Part shown: positions 23,948 through 38,667 of the stretch, one piece after another | Position numbering within the stretch: position 1 is the stretch's first letter | How the letters are laid out: each line of letters starts with the position of its first letter | Assembly (NCBI GenBank): GCA_004022145.1 | Contig: RCNU01000003.1 | Length of the DNA: 64,000 nt | DNA from: Paecilomyces variotii | Taxonomy: Eukaryota | Strand: one strand, 5' to 3' | Translations under genes and position numbers: made by a program | The notes under the pieces: generated by a model | Told to the model about the DNA's origin: nothing | Databases searched by the model: none | What the model saw: only the letters and a program-made list of their open reading frames with translations

Positions 23948-26900
23948 CCCGAATCCAATCCATCAATCAGCCGATTGCGCCAGAGTCAAGTGTACCTCCA
24001 TCGGTTGCTGTGCGCAGTGTTGAGCGATGACGAAGATAGAGAACGGCGCGGGGAAAGCTTTTAGAGATGCGTGGCCCCCAGGCTCATAGTCCCAGATGTA
24101 TGTCTACTTCAATTGTTCTGTCTGTTTCGATTGACAAGGAAGCGCAGCGCACAAATTCCAACATCGAAGCCAACAATCCTTTCCGTTGGACGATCCGGGC
24201 GCCTTAAAAGAGACTTGCAAGTCCAGGCCACCGAATCTGCTGCGGATTCTCTGCGTCTCGTTTCTCCCCGCTTGGGTGAACCGATCGTCCAGGTGCGTTG
24301 ACTAGCGAAGGTGTTAGTCTGACACGGCGGGTCTCCATCCCTCGAAGATTAAGGCTGATTGCCCGGATGGATAGCCTCATCGCACCAAGCAGTGGCACTT
24401 CACCACCACGGACTCCGGCCCGCTGGGAGGCGCCGGGATGGTGCATGGATCACAGCTGCGTAGAAGGGATTCATGGATTATTTCCACCGCCTGGGGATTT
24501 CAAGTTCTAGCTTCTCAGAAGGTTGGCCGTTACTGCTTGGGTCTCTTGGCTGTACGTCAAGTCTGTCCATTCGTATCATTCATCCATCCCAAACTAAAGG
24601 GGATGGCGCTGACCCCTGTATGTTTCTGCCTCGTGCTGACTGACAATTGACTTTGCTATCCTGGCCGTTTTGGTGGGTAGATAGTGGCGAGATGACCTGG
24701 CTGGCTCTCTGCGGTCTTAAGGATCCGCACCGGCCTCGAGACCAGCACGAGTCTCTACTGCAAGCAGCAGGTGTTAAGAGTTTCGAGAAGGAAATGGTAT
24801 CATGTACCTCACCCAAGAGAGTATTCAAGTGGATGTTGAAAAGTGAAGCGAGCCGCTTGACGGCCGACCCGTTCTCTGAAGCCCACCAGGTTCAATTGCA
24901 TGGATTGTCCCAGTGCAGTGGCTTTCAAGGCGTCCGTTTGCAATCCAACACATATGATTACTATTGTTATTTATCCCCTCCCAGGAGGACGTCAGTGTTC
25001 GATCTATCCGGATCCTAGATCCAAGATCGTTATGGGAGGGGACCCGCTCGTAGTCTGGATAGTAAACTGTAAATAATAATAAATTATACTCCGTATATCC
25101 TCCTACGGGTCAAGGTCATCGACCCAGGGGCGGCTCGAGGGCCGGATAGTTCGTCCAGCAGCCGGAGTCGAGAATGAGAGGAGATCCCTAACTCATACGG
25201 CGCCATGATTATTCGCCATTGAGAGAAGTTAAGCACCATTAGCCTCCGGGGAAACGGTCCAGGCTGAATTAAGCGCAACTCAATACATAAATTAGACAAA
25301 CAGACCTGTGACTCGTGAGCAACGCGTCGTCGGAACGGCCAGCGGACAACCCGTTAGGAACGGGGAGAATTAGAGCGATTGACAAGGCGCTAAAGGAAAG
25401 TAAAGAGTGTCAAAAAGTCTCAAAAGAAGTTGACGTCCTGCACTGCGCTGCTGCCGGCCCCTGATCTCGGGACGCTTCGACAAGGTCTGGATTCTGTTCG
25501 ATTTGACTTGCGGAACCGCGATAGACGAATAAAATCCGCCTCCAACTCAATAATAGCAGCCTTGATATGCTCCTATTATGGTTGCCGTTGCAAGTTCGTT
25601 CCATCCTCGCTTGGTCCTCCCCCTGGCTCGTTCGCTTGTATGTGATCATGCAGCTTCGGGTGTCACCTCCACGTCCCCGAGGAGCTTCATGTGTGACAAA
25701 TACAATAATAATGCCAATCCCCATCCCCCCCGGAAGCTGAACCGTAGGCATGGGAAAGAAAGACACCATGACAGGGGACAAATGGTGCTCCCCTGGTCTA
25801 GGGCAACTGATCCAGTTTCCAACCCCGGCCAACGAGAAGGGAAGAGAAAAGAGCGGTGACCGTCGCTACGTAAAATTATCCGAGCCTGGTCGATCCATCC
25901 CCTCTCTTTATCTCCAGGGTCTAGTCTAGAGTATTCCGACACTCGCCATTATTAGTTAGAGTAAGTAATAACTAATCTGTCCCCGGCACATTATCAATTC
26001 TTTACAGTGCGAGATATAACCTTGCCATAATTACAGCAGACCCTCTCTCTCTCTCTCCAGTGAGAATCCCAATGCCTCCAAATCAGACGATAAGAAACAT
26101 CAACATTCAACAACAAGAAGAATAGTTAATAATACCACCTCAGCTCAGGATCCACTTCCCTAGTATCCGACGACCATTACTACATGCAGAAATGGTGTGA
26201 CGAAGTTAGACCATAACCTCGGAAATCCAACGTGGAACTTTTGTCCAGCTGTCCCCAAAAGAATGTGTTCATCCAAATAATAGTCTTAACTAAACCATTG
26301 AGCAAAATCGGGATTGGACTACGGGATTTGATATATTTTGTAGCCATTGAACTTTGAAGTTACTATCTAACATCTAGACTACCGTACGCAATAGTCGTGT
26401 AGACTACTTAGTTAAGGTGCAGTCTGCTTATACGGAGCCGATTATACATATAAAAATGCACACGTGCTCTATGCACATACAGTACATCGCTTCACGTGCC
26501 ATATGATACGGCACATCCCTCTCACTGTGACTACTCTTCCCCCCATCCACTGAAATCTCACCTCGGATGCAGGCAGATATTATCCGGAACCGAAGTGGAG
26601 GATTCTCATGAATTCGGAAATTCAGTGCCGTTGAATGACAGACCCAAGAGGGTGGTTTGGTCCAGGCTCAAGGGGGAAAGGAAAAGGAAAAGACCGACGA
26701 GCCCGCTTCTCTCTGCTAATGCAACTACACTAGTTGAGAACATCGGACTCGTAAGTTGTAACATGATGGAATTCGGAACGGAACCGGGGGTAGAGTTAGA
26801 GAAAAAGGTAGTTAACTGCTACGGGTGTCAACAGGGCTATGCTCTTCTTTCGAGGAAGATCATGTGGGGAAAGAAAGAATGGACACATAGTTAGATAATC

Positions 26901-27249
26901 GGATCAATTCGTTACGCTGTTTGCATTTTGCTTGTCAACCGATATGTATCCTACAGACATGGAATAGAGCCAAACTATACGAAACAGAGATATGATGAAA
27001 ATACATTGGGATGGCAACGAAATAAAAGGAAAATAGTAACTCGATTGTGCGAGAGGAGACGGGTATGGTAGAATACAGCAAGCTTTTGTATAAAGTGTTC
27101 AGCCAAGTGTGTAAGTTACTCCTTGTTTCCTGCTCAGGGGTGGTTGTAGAAACTGCAGTACTATAGTTGGGATGGCTGCTTCGTCAAGCGTTCTAGAGAT
27201 CAAGTTGCCCCTTCATTCGTAACTCTTCTACCCAAGCAACGACACTATT

Positions 27250-29760
27250 CTATTTCGCAAAGTGGAGGTCATATGCAAGCCACTTACGCGCGTTCACGCC
27301 GGCAACATCCAGGCCAGGTGTACCGTACGTCAAGGGCGCGTAGAACAAGAATCCTGCAATGGTCGCCGCCAAGATAACGGTAGTCGCGATCCAAGCAGCC
27401 AAGTAAGATTTAGGGCCCATCCGCTCTCTCGGGGTGATGAAACGGTAGGGAATCATCCGTGACATAACGGCCTTCTTGTTCTTAGCGGCGGGATCTTGTT
27501 CATCCTCTGGCACGTATCCGGCCGGTACGATGGGGTCTACGTTGAAAATAAACTCGATCAGAGCACCTGTCACCAAAGTGGACGCCAAGTGCGCTGGTAG
27601 GTAATGGTGCAAAAAGCGCTGACGACCCATAAGCCAGAACGGGAAGTAGTGAGCTGCCCAGCAGAGGAACAGGAAACCAGTGCTGTTGTACAGACGGGAG
27701 CGGGCACCAGGACCCCAGACTAGTTCGGGTTAATGCGACCACAACTAGAAAGATTATGAAAGGGACAAAAAAACTTACTTTCGTCCAGAGCATCCACGCC
27801 GCGTCTCAAAGACAACTGATCCGCGCCAACCACACCTGCAAAGACCGCCAAGAGACTGCTAGCCAGCCACCACCCGATTGGATTTCCGAGGAAGTAGATC
27901 TGCTCGCGGGTATCGTTCTTCGTCCAGAAGCTAACACCACGCAGGAGGAACGGCCACTGGAAGGGTTCACTCGCGTACGGGTGCTCACTGGTGAGGGCAT
28001 TGTTATGGAAGAACATGGCGCGTTGTAGTTCGATATACTTTCGCCAGAAAGGCAGCTGTTTGACCTGGCGGGGCTCCTTCTGCAGACGCGGAGAATCCTC
28101 CGGCAGTGAAGGGATCGCATCCACATACCAAACATTGCTCGACTGGAGGGTGTTCTTGTTTCCGTTAATCTCGGCCTGCTTGAACGCCCAGTCTGGTAGA
28201 GGAGTCGTATGTGTCCACATGGCTACCCGAGTGGGAACATGGATCAACTTGAAGTGACTCGACATGGTCCTGAAGTCTTGGCCTTCCTTGCCCCCTTCAA
28301 TCTTGATCTCGAACAGAGTGTCGTTGTGACGCTCCCCGTTGGCCAAGTCGAGGGGCACCGTGGTGAACTCCTGGTTGGTCGGGTAGTAAGGAGAAGCAAC
28401 ATCGTGTGTGAGAAGGATGGTGTCGGTACCGACATGTCGGAGCTGAACTACGTCGCCATGCTTGACATGGTGGCCGGTAAGGTCATCCTCAGCGAACTGT
28501 TCGTTACCTGGCAAGATCTGCCAGATGTTGTTGGTGTCATTGTAGGGGTAACCGGTGACCTGCTGGCCCTGGCTAGAAATGCGGCCGTCATCGTAACGGA
28601 GCGGGTATCTCTCCCAGTGGCTGTGAAGGTAGGTCTTCGTATCCTTGTGACGAATGGTAATAGTGTCATAGTATTCGACATGGGTGGACGCAGCGGTCAT
28701 CAAGTTGTCGCTCAGCGTCTCCTGGAACTCTGGGGTCATGAAGTCGTCTCCAGGACCGGATCTGGTAAGGATGGCGAAATGAACCTGGAACCAGAAGAGG
28801 TAGAAAAAGAACGGCACAATGATCAAGGAAAAGGCCCGGGCAACGAAATGCTTCCCAAACTGAGGCATCGTCAGAGCACCTCCGCGGCGGTTGATATCCA
28901 GTAGATTCCACAGGTCGACCAAGACTGCTGCGCCGATGGTAACAAACGTGAACACACCGACATACTTGGTCGAAATGACGCAGCTGAGAGAGACACCGGT
29001 CAGGAGAAGCCACTTCCACCATTTGCGTCCGAATGGCTGGTGTCTCTGCTTGTAGAACTTGATGTAGCACAGAATACTCAACGCCATAGTCAAGACTAGG
29101 GTTGCATCCAGCAGAATCAGTCTAGTCTCACCAACGTGCGCATTGTCAAACACCATCAGACCGGCAGCAAGAACACATGCGGGCAGCGAATATCCCGATT
29201 CCCACATGATCAAAAACACGACCGGGATAGTGAGAGCGCCCAGGGTAGCGGGCAGCGCTCGGAATGCCACATAAGGGACCTTGTTTTCAATGTACGATTC
29301 GCCAATGTTTTCAAAAAGGAAATGACCATCATAGCCGATGAGCCAGCCGACAAAGGCGAAAAGAAGCTTTCCAAACGGAGGGTGAACGTCAAAGAAGTAT
29401 GTCCGTTGAAGGTAGTAAGAAGCAAACTGTACACATCCCAAGTCAGCATCCGATCGCAGAGAGATAGACTCCGATCAACAAGGTCTGTGCGACACGCGCG
29501 GCGCCCGCATCGACACCTCAAGAGAAATGCCATACCTTTCCGAAATGAACCTCATCAAATACCACTTCATTGGGATACCCGATATTCCAGAACCGGGTCA
29601 GGAAGCCCAATGCCGTCAACACGGCCATAGCAATCTTGTAGTCCCATTCTGGGCCTTGCGCAGACACTGGCGCAGCCGTGGCATTGCTGGGAGACACGTA
29701 GGCGTTAACATCCTTCTTTCCGCCTCTCCTACGGAGAGACGGAGGAGGGGAAGAAGACAT
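27250..29760 (-). CDS. PMT4: Dolichyl-phosphate-mannose-protein O-mannosyltransferase, PMT4 subfamily
   Basis: 'VVFDEVHFGK|FASYYLQRTYFFDVHPPFGK', 'TRLILLD', MIR domain 'LHSHWERYPLRYDDGRISSQGQQVTGY', 'IYFLGNP', 'MGRQRFLHHYLP'. Two GT..AG introns. Confidence 0.96.
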
Positions 29761-30322
29761 GATGTGAAAGTAAATATAGAGAGCGTCAGGGGGGGACAAA
29801 AAGCCACCTTTACTGCAAAGAAGTCAGCATTGAGAGAACACCGGGTGATTGTGTAGCAACGTGTCAACCTACAATAATCAGTAAAAGAGCATTATAATAA
29901 AACGACAGAAGAACAAGAAACGAAATTCCTGCCGCAGGGGGGATGAAAGGGTGAGGAATCTGGCCTGTTCCTTTGTCTGAGTTGCTGGCGGCGTGGGAGC
30001 GCGGAAGGAGTAGTAGCCAGCTGGCCCGAGCGCCCTTCGGAGGAGAGCCTACGCGGCCTGTAACTACGTATACAGTAGACTCTCAACTTATTATGATCAA
30101 CAATCGACAATTAACCAACGCACGACAAGCCCAAAGTGACTGGATTCGAGAGTTTTAAAATGTTTATATTCTTTGGGGAAATAGTATCATATGCAACGCC
30201 ACATGTAGTGAACCGTCCCGACACAGAACACCATAGCTATCCCAGTTCTCCGCAATGCAAGCCAGTCCAACGCAATTAATAGAAAATGAAGAATCGTTCC
30301 AGAAATATACATGGTTTACAAA

Positions 30323-31447
30323 TCACTCATCATCGTCTGACAAGTTAAGTAGCTCCAGCTCCGTTTTAACAAGAGACTGGAAATCCGCCCTTGACATACC
30401 GGTGGTCTTCGCAAGTCTGAACAAGCTCTTGATATTGGAGCTGATATGCTGCTTCACGCCAGTTTCGACGGAAGACTGATTCTCGGCTTCTTGTTCGAGC
30501 TTTGCGACCGCATCGGAACTGGCTGACGAGGTCGACGATGGCCGAGGATGATTCAGAAGCATGGCGATATCCTCCTGCCTTGCGTCACCAGGCGCATAGC
30601 CGTTCACCCGAGGGGATTCGTCCTTGCCCACATGGCTGACCTGCCTCTGGAGGAGACTAGCCAGAGTATCTCCATTCAGCGAAGATACACCAAACTCGGC
30701 CTTGTCTTCTGAGGGGTCATCATTATCCATTGCCGGCTGCACATCACCGTATCGGGCAAAATATGAGGCTTCCGATGCCACTGGTTGGTGGATCGAAGAA
30801 ACTGGATTCGGCGCTGGGGTCTTGATCGATGGTGTTCTTCCGGGGGTGTTATCGTATTGTGCCCAATAGTCATCGTCGTCGTCATCCTCCAATCCTTGGT
30901 CCACCTGCTCAGCTTGCTTCAAAGCATCTTGTACCACCTTCTCCTTGGCGTGCTCGTTGGCTTCTGCTATCGACAATAACCAGGACTTGTCATCTTCCGC
31001 CGATCCATCCCATGGAAGCAACTCTGCGACTCTCCAACCAGGACCACCGCCTTCTTGGTCGGTAGGACACCATACATAGAGGACCGCGATATTGAAATCC
31101 GGCAGAGGAACTCGCGACCGTAATGTCTCCTGGTCAATCCGTTTATATTCGACCGGCAGTTCATCTGGGAGCTCTACTTCTCCCGAGACAGGATGCGGCT
31201 CAAAGGCCGCGCCATCTAGCAAGCTCTGAAGGCGCTCTGCTTTGGTGGGATCCCAAGACAACAGCTGAAGCCAGGAATCAGAACCTGAAGATGTCGAGCT
31301 GAGTATCTGAACGCGCTGGCGCAAGATGGGCGATAGTAGAGGCAGGAGAGCGGGCGGGGGACGGTTCGAGACAAAGGCTGCTGGTAGACAGGCCAGGAAA
31401 GGAGGTAACAACGTCCGGGGGTCCGGCGGCTGGATGAATTCGACCAT
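30323..31447 (-). CDS. Hypothetical fungal protein (374 aa, intronless)
   Basis: Long clean ORF with protein-like motifs: 'RPPPALLPLLSPILRQRV', 'DDDDYWAQYDNTPGRTP', 'YFARYGDVQPAMD', 'HISSNIKSLFRLAK'. Confidence 0.8.
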   Translation of the reverse strand: MVEFIQPPDPRTLLPPFLACLPAAFVSNRPPPALLPLLSPILRQRVQILSSTSSGSDSWLQLLSWDPTKAERLQSLLDGAAFEPHPVSGEVELPDELPVEYKRIDQETLRSRVPLPDFNIAVLYVWCPTDQEGGGPGWRVAELLPWDGSAEDDKSWLLSIAEANEHAKEKVVQDALKQAEQVDQGLEDDDDDDYWAQYDNTPGRTPSIKTPAPNPVSSIHQPVASEASYFARYGDVQPAMDNDDPSEDKAEFGVSSLNGDTLASLLQRQVSHVGKDESPRVNGYAPGDARQEDIAMLLNHPRPSSTSSASSDAVAKLEQEAENQSSVETGVKQHISSNIKSLFRLAKTTGMSRADFQSLVKTELELLNLSDDDE

Positions 31448-32960
31448 TCTATGGCTGCCAAAAAGGGACCTTTTTTTCCTTGTTCAACGCAGGACTGTGT
31501 TCGCGGCCGCTCTCATAAGTCGTTAGAGTCGCACAGTCCTCTGAGTTTCTCAGGCGGGGCAGAGATATTTCAGGGAGGGAGAGGCCTTTGGGGAAGAGAG
31601 ATCAGCAAAGGACTTGCATATAAATGTTGAATGCCCCGGGGCCCGTGTGATGCGGAGAGTGGGTTGCAATAATGCAGCAGCATCGCTGACAGCGTCACAG
31701 CTGCTGCTGGACTGTACCATAGACTATGGTACTCACCTCCATCAGCGCTGGAGAAGATGGGGCCAGCTTAGGCTCCATTTGCCCGGTGGGCTTTGGGGTT
31801 CCCGGTGAGGAGTGGCGGACGCGGGGCAACAAATAGTTAACATTTAGTTCGCGTTCGTCCGGTCTTCTAGACTACTTAGATAGATGAGAATAGATGCTCT
31901 CCTGTCGGCATAATTCCGCGTTTCCGAACGGTGTTCAACAGCGTGAGATATGGCCAGTCAAAGATGCCGTGAAGGGAAGAAAAGAAAGTATTACATTGTC
32001 GACGGAACGCGGAGAGTTATTATTGAATAGCGGAGATCCCGACCGTCAGCCCTAAAACAGTGGTTCCTGCTGACTTTCCAATAGATAGTGCCATTTTGAT
32101 GATTCTAGCATGACTGCCGCTTACCATCAACTACCAAGTAACTACTTAACTTCGCGCCTGGATTATCGTGAGACTCAGCAGAAGGGCAATACATATATAC
32201 TACCAAAAGAATTCCTGATCAGTAGAGAACAGTTCACAGTTGGAGTGTTTAAAGATTATTTATAACCGCCGTATACTACGCGTGTAAAATACCCTTGTGC
32301 ATTTTGTTCTAATGCTGCTATGAGTGATTGTATGCTAATAACTAAGTAACTTGCCGGTCTCCATTAACATTGTCAATTAAGCTTACTTATACCGAGAAAC
32401 CCCGCAACGGCTGTTTTGAAAGTCAAATATTTGGTACTGTACCAGAAGTCAGCCATTTTACCAAGCGATAGCCTCAAAGTAACAAGCAAAGAGGTATAGA
32501 TTTCTTCAGAGGAATAATATAATAATTGTCATGTTCAGCTCCAAATTAACTAATTGCGGAAAAAAAGAGTGTTTTTTCGCGCGACACACTACTAAATACC
32601 TATTGGTCGGTGTACGGCTAGATTCGCGATAGTTCTGACGCGGTCGAAATGCCACGCATGGAAGCGGCTTGCTCACAGGGGCCTGCATTCCTTTACTTGC
32701 GGATTGATCATGACCCTCCGTAGTCGAATTCCCCTTTAACCATTATGAGACGAAACTGTAGGTATGTACTCGGAATGTGCTCCGGCTTAGAGTTGAGTTG
32801 AGCTCTGCACCAGTCATCGGGAACTCAATTGTGCATAACTACAGTACATGCAGTCGTTGGTCTCGAAACACCAAGAGGACAAGGATTCACGGGACAAGGG
32901 CAATCACGCCTGGTAGTCACTACATAATCAAGACCTGCCCATTTGCTGCCACTGCCCAAG

Positions 32961-34756
32961 ATGTCAAATAAGGATGTTTTCGATCGTCCTACCACCACAG
33001 ACATCACAGGAGTAGGTCGACCAGATGATGGCACAGCGGCAACCACAGAAGTCGATTCGGACGAAACGCAAGAGCTAATTTACAAGAAAAAATTGGAAAA
33101 CAAACTGCGACTCAAGGTCGACTTGCGCTTATGCACAATTGCCGGTATCCTGTGCAGTCTCAATCTGCTGGACTCGGGCATCATCTCCTCCGCTTCCGTG
33201 ACGACAATGCTCAAAGATCTAGAGCTGGAGGGCACTCGATACTCGGTTTCAATATTCATCTTCACAATAGCGAGTGTCGTCTTTCAGCTCCCATCAACAA
33301 TTGCAGTGCGTCTAACAGGTCCTCGAATCTGGTTCGCTTTCATCACGTTCTGCTTTGGTCTTATCACTCTCTGTACTGCGTTCGTCCAAACATGGCGGCA
33401 GATGATTGCTCTGCGCGTCCTTCTGGGCATGTCCATGTCTGGCATATATCCAGGTTTGACATACCTGATCAGCGCATGGTACACGAGACGTGAGCAGCAG
33501 TTGCGCTTCGCGTTTCTTCAATCCGGCGAAGTCATTGTCCTTGCGACTGGCAGTATCGTCAACTACGGACTCAACCACCTAGACGGCAGATCAGGACTAC
33601 CTGGATGGCGATGGATGTTTCTCGTCCAAGGTTTAGTTACCTGCACAATTGGGATCATCACGTACTGGTGGATGGTCGACTTTCCAGAGAACGCCCAAAA
33701 GAGCTTCTACTTCCTCTCGGAGTCAGAGACACGCCTCGCTACGCAAAGGATCAAAGATGACAGGGACGATCTCATCCCTGAACCATTCTCATGGTCTAAT
33801 ATCTTGGTTCACTTCAATGATCTGAAACTTTACGGCTTTTGCTGTATGTTCTTCTTACTGAACCTGGTTTCCACTTCGCTAGCATACTTCCTGCCGATCA
33901 TTCTACAATCAGGCATGGGATTCTCAGCCAATGCATCTATCATCTTATCAGCACCGGTAATTATATCCATCCTTTTCTTTTTTTTTCTTTCTTTTCTTTC
34001 TGGCTGGTTCCTCCTCCCATATCTCAAGAAAACACAGTACAATACAATACAATATTAATAACACCACCCCCAAAAGCCATACTACTACGCCGTCCTACCC
34101 GTCCTCTTCACCTCCCTCATCGGCGACAGATACCACATCCGCAGTCCCCTCATCGTCCTCAACGCCCTCTTCCTCATCGCCGGCTTCCTAATGTTCGGCC
34201 TCCCCGTCTCGACACAAGTCACGGTACGATTCATCGGCACTTTCCTCGCCACAGGCGCATACGTCTCTAACTGGGCCGCCCTAAATGCCTACCAAGCCAA
34301 CAATATCGTTGGTCAATGGAAACGCGTCACTGTCGCTGCGGCCGTGACGGCGTGTAATGGCCTGGGGGGTATCGCGGGAAGTTTCATCGTGAGAGAGCAG
34401 GAAGCTCCGCAGTATCAGACTGCGGTGTGGGTTTGTATTGGGTGAGTGGGATGGTATATATATATATAGATATATATCTTTCTTATCTAACGAAATAGCT
34501 GTATCGAATGGTAGGGGAAAAGGCTGACGACTCTGTACTACTCACAGGTCCCATATCTTAATGATTGCTATAGTAGCGTGTTTTACAGTCTACTTCTATA
34601 TCTCAAATGGAAAGCAACGGCGGGGGAAAGTGATCTTGGAGGGTGTGGTAAGTTCGTCCTGTTGTTGCTTCAGGTGCCATAGAAATGGCTGGAGTCTTGT
34701 TGTTGTTTCTTGGTCTAACCTTTTGTGAAAAGCCTGGGTTTAGGTATACGTATTGA
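32961..34756 (+). CDS. MFS transporter, anion:cation symporter (allantoate/nicotinate permease-like), 4 exons
   Basis: 'KLRLKVDLRL', 'ISAWYTRREQQLRFA', 'GLPGWRWMFLVQG', 'NNIVGQWKR', typical C-terminus 'PGFRYTY*'. Introns start at about 33957, 34442 and 34648. Confidence 0.9.
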
Positions 34757-35177
34757 GTACAGCACGGGGGGTTTTGAACATCGTTGATGTTGTAGTGGTT
34801 ACTGCGGACTGTGGAAGAATTACATGTGATGAAATAGGCTATGATTTATATCAAATTAATCTTTTAATAAATAATGTATCGGCAGATAGATATATTAACG
34901 TCGGGGTTACGTGCATTTGTCCATCTCTCATTATTCTAACACTGAGCACAAAGCCAAAGACACCAAGTCGATACAAGACAAATAAAAAGCACGTACAAGA
35001 GGACCCGTAATCTTAATCTTTAGATTTGACATCCATACACACACACAGAGAGAGAGGGCGAAGGAAAAAAGAAAGGGGAAAAGGCTGGACCACACAGAAC
35101 CGGGGTATAATTTAATGTACTGCTTGCAAGAACCCAGAAAATTTGGAGGAAAAATAGTTCTCTTCTCTTTTTTGCAA

Positions 35178-37362
35178 TCACGCCGCCCGATCCCTCTGTT
35201 CCAATCGCCCAACCAGTCTCTTGATTCCTGCCCATTCTTCCGCCGGCACTTCCTCTGCGGTTCCGCCGAGGTCTTTTCCAACTTCGAAAACAGTGACCAC
35301 GCCGTCGAGACCACCGGTCGCGAGGCGTCTGCCTTCCCGCTCTTCCCAAGCCACCTTGTTGAGAGATTTGGTGAGTACGCCACCACGGCCCCTGGAGGGC
35401 GTGGTCTTGACGGCAGGTACTTCTGTGTCAGTGTAGAGATCCCAGACCTCCAAGTTGCCGGCTCCATCCACAAGGGAGAAGACACCAGGTCGGTGAGGGG
35501 ACCAGCGCGCATCGTAAACAACATCTTCGCGATTGATGTCGAGGATCGGAGAAACAACTTGCGGGGTTGCCATAGTCGATGTGGCGGATGAAGTTGTCGC
35601 TGGCGGACGAACACGCCAAAGCTTTACGCTCCAGTCCAGACTGGAACTGAGCATCAGATCACCGAGATCCACAGGGCCACGTGAGGGGTGGAAAGCTGTA
35701 GACATAACGGGAGCAGCATGGCCACGGTAGGCCAGGCGGTGGTCCGTTCCAGCTTTGGCACCTGCCCGGTCATATCGATGGCAAGGATAGATGCCACCTT
35801 CTTCTGTACCGACGAGGAAGAAAGTTGGGTCGGACTGGGGGAACGCCATAGTGGTCGGTGCAAGGTCTTCCGTCTTGGACGGTGGAGGTGTTGTCAGCTC
35901 CAAGTACTCTTGTGGCTGAGAGAGCATATCAACAGTCCAGCCGCAGACAACACCATCAGTAGATGCTGTCAAGATATTATGGGCGTTCTGCGTTCCCACA
36001 ATGGAAATACTGTAAACGGGGTGGGTGTGTCCTGAGCCGGTCAGGGGGGTCTTCTGCACAGGAGCACCTCCGCCTGCGCGTGAAGAGCGGGTGTCCCATA
36101 GCAGAACCTGTCCGGAATAGGAGCCACCGACGATGAGGTTTGGATGGAATGGAGAGAATTTGGCCGCGAGGATGTCAGAAGTGGAGTGGAAGATGTATTC
36201 AGGGCGAGAATGCAGGTGCTGGTTCCATATTTGCAGCAGGCCATCAGGCTCGTGAGGGGCGGTGGGGTTTTTCGTATAAGCGGCCAGAACAAGCTCTGGG
36301 AACTATGAAAACAGTCGAGTCAGTTGTTTCCAGATGAAGGAGAGCCAAATAAAGATATTTACCTTGGGGGAGAAGCTTATGTCGCTGATCATGCGCTTCT
36401 TGCTCCATCGCTCATCCCAGAATTGAGCAACCTCCTTGATCCCTCTTCGTTTCTTCCCATACTCTTCTTCCTCTTCATCTTCGCCATTGATTCCACCAAG
36501 TTCGTAATCCGCCAGCACATCGTACTCTTCATCTAAGGCCCGCTCTATGACTTTACTAGAGCGCTCGACGAAATCCAAGAAGTCACCGGACGAAGTGACA
36601 GCGTTGAGTTCATCGTCAGTAAGTGTACGCAGAGGATAGCGCAGCTGCGAAGACTGCGCGGCTGTCGGATCTGAGAGTTGTTTGGCAGCCTGTATCTCCT
36701 CTTCGATCTCCTTGCGCAACTTCTCACGGATTTCTTCATCGCGCTCTCGTTCCCTCCGGCTAAGCCTCTTATTCGCCCGTGTTGTCTCCTGGAATTCGTC
36801 GTCCCCGGATGCGACCGACCCATCAATCGATTCCCTTCGTGGCTGTTGCCATTCATCTGTCTGAACAGCTTTGCTGTATGTGAGGGTCTCCTGTTTCGTT
36901 TCAGGGGCTGATTCGGTGGCCTCAGGGATCGGACCAGTTGCGACGGTCTGCGTCGCTGCAGATGTAACTTGAGTCGCCGGTCGCGAAGTCGGACTCAAGA
37001 CATCAGTGTTGTCTCCACTAAGCTGACTGGCGCTGAGGACGGAATTGGGTCGACTTCCTCTTCGTGACGAGCCCTCTCCTCCAGTCGCGAGGGACGCAGA
37101 GCCTGGACGATCAACGAGACGGGAGATCAAACTGTCGAGTTCCGCTCTGCTGTCAGAACGGCTAGGCACGGGGGATACAATCTAAAGGCAAATGTTAGAT
37201 CACGATGTATAATCAAGGTCGTAGAAACGAGCTCCGTACATCTGAGGAATCTCCGATACTGTGCCGATTCTGATTGAATTCCTTCTGCCGCAGCTCGCGC
37301 TGGCGCTTCAGCTCAGCAAGCTTCGCCTTCTTGGCCAGGATCTCATCTTTCCGCTGTTGCAT
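35178..37362 (-). CDS. nudI: Cytoplasmic dynein intermediate chain (WD40)
   Basis: N-terminal coiled coil 'MQQRKDEILAKKAKLAELKRQRELR', light-chain site 'TYSKAVQT', 'DFVERSSKVIERALDEEYD', WD40 repeats 'GHTHPVY..VGTQNAHN', 'SSSLDWSVKLW'. Two introns. Confidence 0.94.
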
Positions 37363-38667
37363 AGTCGTCATCGAGGGCATGTGTGAGTACTGAGGGCACG
37401 TCGTGGTGCCATCCAAACAAGACCAGCTCTACTCTCTCTCTCTCTTGGGTCGTTTACTCCATTAGTTCCCGTGCCTGTTCCGCGTTTCTCGTCGAGGGGG
37501 GATGACATAAGCGACCAGGCACCTCATGCTCCGGAAAATCTTACTGGCCGACATAGATCATGTTGATTATTTATCGTTATCTCATGCATTCGTTGCTGGA
37601 TGTTGATTTTGACTGCTTGTATTCCTGACCTGTTTGTATGATACCAGCTATTGATTAGTTCTTGGAGAAAGGTCTGGTTATTTGTCGACTCTCGTACCAG
37701 TATCCTTCTACTCTTAACCCGAGAGAATCCTTTCCGCAGATGAGATACGTGTTGAAAGTCCATTGTGGCTTGCCAATGATTATTGCCTTAACTCATAGCT
37801 GAAAAAGAAGGGTAAGTTAATTTTGGCAGTTTCATACAGCACCAGAAGGTCAAGCCTATGTTTTGCTTTCGAGTCACCAAAGCGTCAACATTAGCTAGCC
37901 CCTGTATTGGGATATATTCCAACGACAGCTTATCCTACGGCACTAGGAGTACATTGACCTACTCCTTCGTAGTGATGAATAGTTGAAAGCCCCATTGAGG
38001 TCCTACCCGAAGCTTAATTGCATTCATGAGCGTCATCAGCCATGGCACTCCACAGTCATAATCTTTTTATATGCAAGATGAATAGTGCCTAATCAGATCC
38101 TATTCTTGGATAACTACTAGTCATTAGCACTCTTGCTAACCCGTCACTAAAACGCGTTAGCATAGTTATATTACCCGGTATTATAGGTGCTTTATTTTGC
38201 GATGCTGGTGCTAGTAAAAGAGACACTCGAGACGGGCCAGGATACAACGCATATGAACCACCAATTGTCAAATGGTAATGGAATATCAACGGCCATTTTT
38301 CAACTGCGTGAAATTATCTTAATGATGAATCATCACAGGAATGGAGTTGTTTTGACTCTTCGTGACCGTCTAAAAAGCCTGAGGCCACGAGATCTGGCAC
38401 GGCGGGCAGGATGACATAAGCCGACAGGAACGTCCGGCGGCCCGGAAAAACTCGCCAACAGGGACTTCGTCCCTTCTCTCCAGCCCAGTCCGACCCGTTG
38501 CCAGCTTGAGAAGCCCAGGAAACCCATCCTGTCCAGCAGCCATTGACGGTCGATACCCCCGCTGACCTGCCTGTTGTTTGTTTGGTATCGACGCTCTTGT
38601 CGTCCTCTTTTCCCCTCTTTCTTGCTGTCTCGTTCCCCGACTCCGGCGATCTTTGGATACTTTCAGA

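Noticed and set aside
24000..27000. Many 60-140 aa ORFs
   Set aside because: No domain signatures or consistent exon chain; treated as intergenic.
28209..28904. 231-aa plus-strand ORF (also 29136-29630)
   Set aside because: Antisense shadows of the codon-biased PMT4 gene.
34931..35614. 227-aa minus-strand ORF
   Set aside because: Alternative frame of the dynein intermediate chain running into its 3' UTR.
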